Sequence record: OP380601.1
Strand: one strand, 5' to 3'
DNA: 64,000 bases
This document shows positions 62,379 to 64,000 of the stretch, piece after piece (the stretch's first letter is position 1; every line of letters begins with the position of its first letter). The position numbers and the translations under genes were made by a program. The notes under the pieces are model-generated. The model was not told the DNA's origin. It made no database searches and saw only the letters and a program-made list of their open reading frames with translations.

Positions 62379-63227
62379 TTATTTCTTCATTATCATAGCC
62401 CAAGTTTCCGGATTTGGAATATAATCAGCAATTTTACCAACAATGGCTTTATCCAATTCAGTTGCCTTCATCGGGGCTTTACCTTGTTGTTTCACCCTAA
62501 TATAGTTGGCTTCTTTGATGTAACTACCACCTTTACCAGACTTGGCAAGTTCCGAGTCAACCCCCACTTGGTTAAAGGCGATATACCAATCACCATCCGC
62601 ATAGTTCTTAGCACCTTCACCCATCGCCATTAGGTTTTTAAAGGTCATTGCTGCACCTTCATGGGTAGATACTAGAATTTCAAGAGGGACTGTACGACTA
62701 CGCTTATTATTCTGATCGATAGCAACATCAACTTTGTTCATAACCCATACAATATGAACGTTTTCTTTTTCATATCCAAGATCCCTAACTTGTTTTGCAA
62801 TTTGAGCCATTTTACCCATATCTTTCAAGGTAACGTCAAATATAATATTGGGTTTCCGTCCTTCTGGTGCGGCAAGAACCCCATCAAACACCCGCTTATC
62901 CATTTTCTTGGTAGTCTTATATTCAGACGCAAGTAGATTATGGAGAGTAGATACGTTCTCTGGCTTCTTAAGATCAAACTGAGTAATATCGTGACCGGTT
63001 TCTCGCTTGATACGAGCAGAAAGCTTTGTAGACGCCATAGCCAGTTCTTTAACGCGATCAACATCAAGAACAATACCGTCCATACCTACTAATTTCGATG
63101 TTACAAAGCCCTTACCGCTACCGGCACCGCCCGCAAGAATAAGAACGTTTCCAAATTTCGGGTATGCTTTTTTACCAAATACCATCAATTTTTCTTCCAA
63201 CTTTACAAATTCACGAAATGTTTTCAT
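62379..63227 (-). CDS. P-loop kinase (zeta-toxin/AAA_33-like) with capsid-targeting-like N-terminus
   Basis: MKTFREFVKLEE; LAGGAGSGKG Walker A; DVDRVKE; IIFDVT; RxRxVP. Confidence 0.75.
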   Translation of the reverse strand: MKTFREFVKLEEKLMVFGKKAYPKFGNVLILAGGAGSGKGFVTSKLVGMDGIVLDVDRVKELAMASTKLSARIKRETGHDITQFDLKKPENVSTLHNLLASEYKTTKKMDKRVFDGVLAAPEGRKPNIIFDVTLKDMGKMAQIAKQVRDLGYEKENVHIVWVMNKVDVAIDQNNKRSRTVPLEILVSTHEGAAMTFKNLMAMGEGAKNYADGDWYIAFNQVGVDSELAKSGKGGSYIKEANYIRVKQQGKAPMKATELDKAIVGKIADYIPNPETWAMIMKK

Positions 63228-63255
63228 TTTATTTTCCTTTTAGGTTGTTACTTAG

Positions 63256-63263
63256 TATTTAGG
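63256..63263 (-). promoter_or_regulatory. late promoter CCTAAATA
   Basis: Upstream of kinase gene. Confidence 0.75.
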
Positions 63264-63510
63264 CATCAACCCAATAAGAAAACTCCTCTATGGTTTTGAA
63301 AACCATACTTTTCTTATCTTTAAACGGAGTAACTACAATACCACTCTTCATAACCCCAATTACATATTCACATTCCATTACACACGGTTCATCAATAAAA
63401 CACGCCTTTGTGTAATAAGTTTTTATCTTTGTATATGAACCCATATCAAAAACTTTAACAACTTCATAAGAATCTTTACAAATATCAATCACACGTTGTA
63501 CATCATACAT
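63259..63510 (-). CDS. hypothetical protein
   Basis: ORF after early promoter. Confidence 0.65.
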   Translation of the reverse strand: MYDVQRVIDICKDSYEVVKVFDMGSYTKIKTYYTKACFIDEPCVMECEYVIGVMKSGIVVTPFKDKKSMVFKTIEEFSYWVDA

Positions 63511-63546
63511 ACATATTATTTTATTCCTTATTCTTATAATTTCTTT

Positions 63547-63588
63547 ACTATACACAAATAAAAATCCCCCGTCAATAGACGAGGGATT
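63547..63588 (-). terminator. terminator fused to early promoter
   Basis: AATCCCTCGTC-TATT-GACGGGGGATT+TTTATTT; TTGACG-17-TATAGT. Confidence 0.75.
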
Positions 63589-63592
63589 ATTT

Positions 63593-63994
63593 TTATTTGA
63601 ATCGTTTTACCTTGTAGATCACTTTCTTAATAAATTCAAGTGAGTCCTCAACCGCGTTTAGAGTACCTTTAAATTCAGGTTTACCTTCTAGAATAGAAAC
63701 CAGTTCAACACCGGCATCATATAGCTTCTGTAAGACCTCTAGCGCGTCTTCTCCGGACACTTCATATGGTACATATGATAGAGTTATGTCGTTGGCTAAC
63801 GCACTCTCAGCAACTCCATCTAGATAATCATCTGGGAACTCTTTATAAAATTCATCAAGTGCCATATGCAACGCATAGTTACTTGTTACCAAATGGAGAT
63901 AATGGATCTTAGCTACGGTTTTTAAACCAATAGTAACAAATTGAGAAACCCGATCCGATATACGTTTAATATCATATTTATAAGCTATTTTCAT
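63593..63994 (-). CDS. ferritin/Dps-like four-helix protein (DUF5856-like)
   Basis: IHYLHLVTSNYALHMALDEFY..DGVAE motif. Confidence 0.75.
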   Translation of the reverse strand: MKIAYKYDIKRISDRVSQFVTIGLKTVAKIHYLHLVTSNYALHMALDEFYKEFPDDYLDGVAESALANDITLSYVPYEVSGEDALEVLQKLYDAGVELVSILEGKPEFKGTLNAVEDSLEFIKKVIYKVKRFK

Positions 63995-64000
63995 TGCATT

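Noticed and set aside
1-64000. tRNA genes or CRISPR array
   Set aside because: No T-arm GTTCRA cloverleaf in intergenic DNA and no regularly spaced repeat-spacer array. The repeated elements are promoters separated by genes.
1-64000. Stop-codon reassignment
   Set aside because: Standard code gives near-complete gene density and intact core genes; only one internal TGA was found.

Overview
64 kb of an AT-rich T4-like myophage genome (Straboviridae). An Aeromonas/Vibrio-type lineage such as Aeh1/65/KVP40 is likely, but this is inferred from asiA without motA and from TTGACA-type early promoters. Bases 1-47.5 kb are a dense plus-strand accessory region of about 135 mostly small early ORFs, divided into modules by about 30 sigma70-like promoter cassettes (TTGACN-16/18-TGnGATACT or TATTAT). 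Many cassettes are physically fused to terminator hairpins or carry covarying stems around the -10 box, and some look like recombinants between cassette types. Recognisable accessory genes: two N6-adenine methyltransferases (one with permuted motif order), CYTH, DUF3307, a PagP-like outer-membrane barrel, a YqeY-like protein, about 11 GoF/ComC-alpha-like paralogues, and an insulated late operon of three capsid-targeting-sequence-like proteins. 47.6-51.5 kb is the T4 ndd-52-(no motA)-arn.1-asiA block. 51.5-64 kb runs on the minus strand: endolysin e, a 1248-aa gp36-like tail fibre, spanins, a macrodomain, an ART-like protein, tk, a ParB-like protein, hoc, a P-loop kinase with a capsid-targeting-like N-terminus, and a Dps-like protein, with CCTAAATA late promoters. 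No tRNA, CRISPR array, integrase or transposase was seen. All family assignments come from motif recognition and recalled sequences, not database searches.
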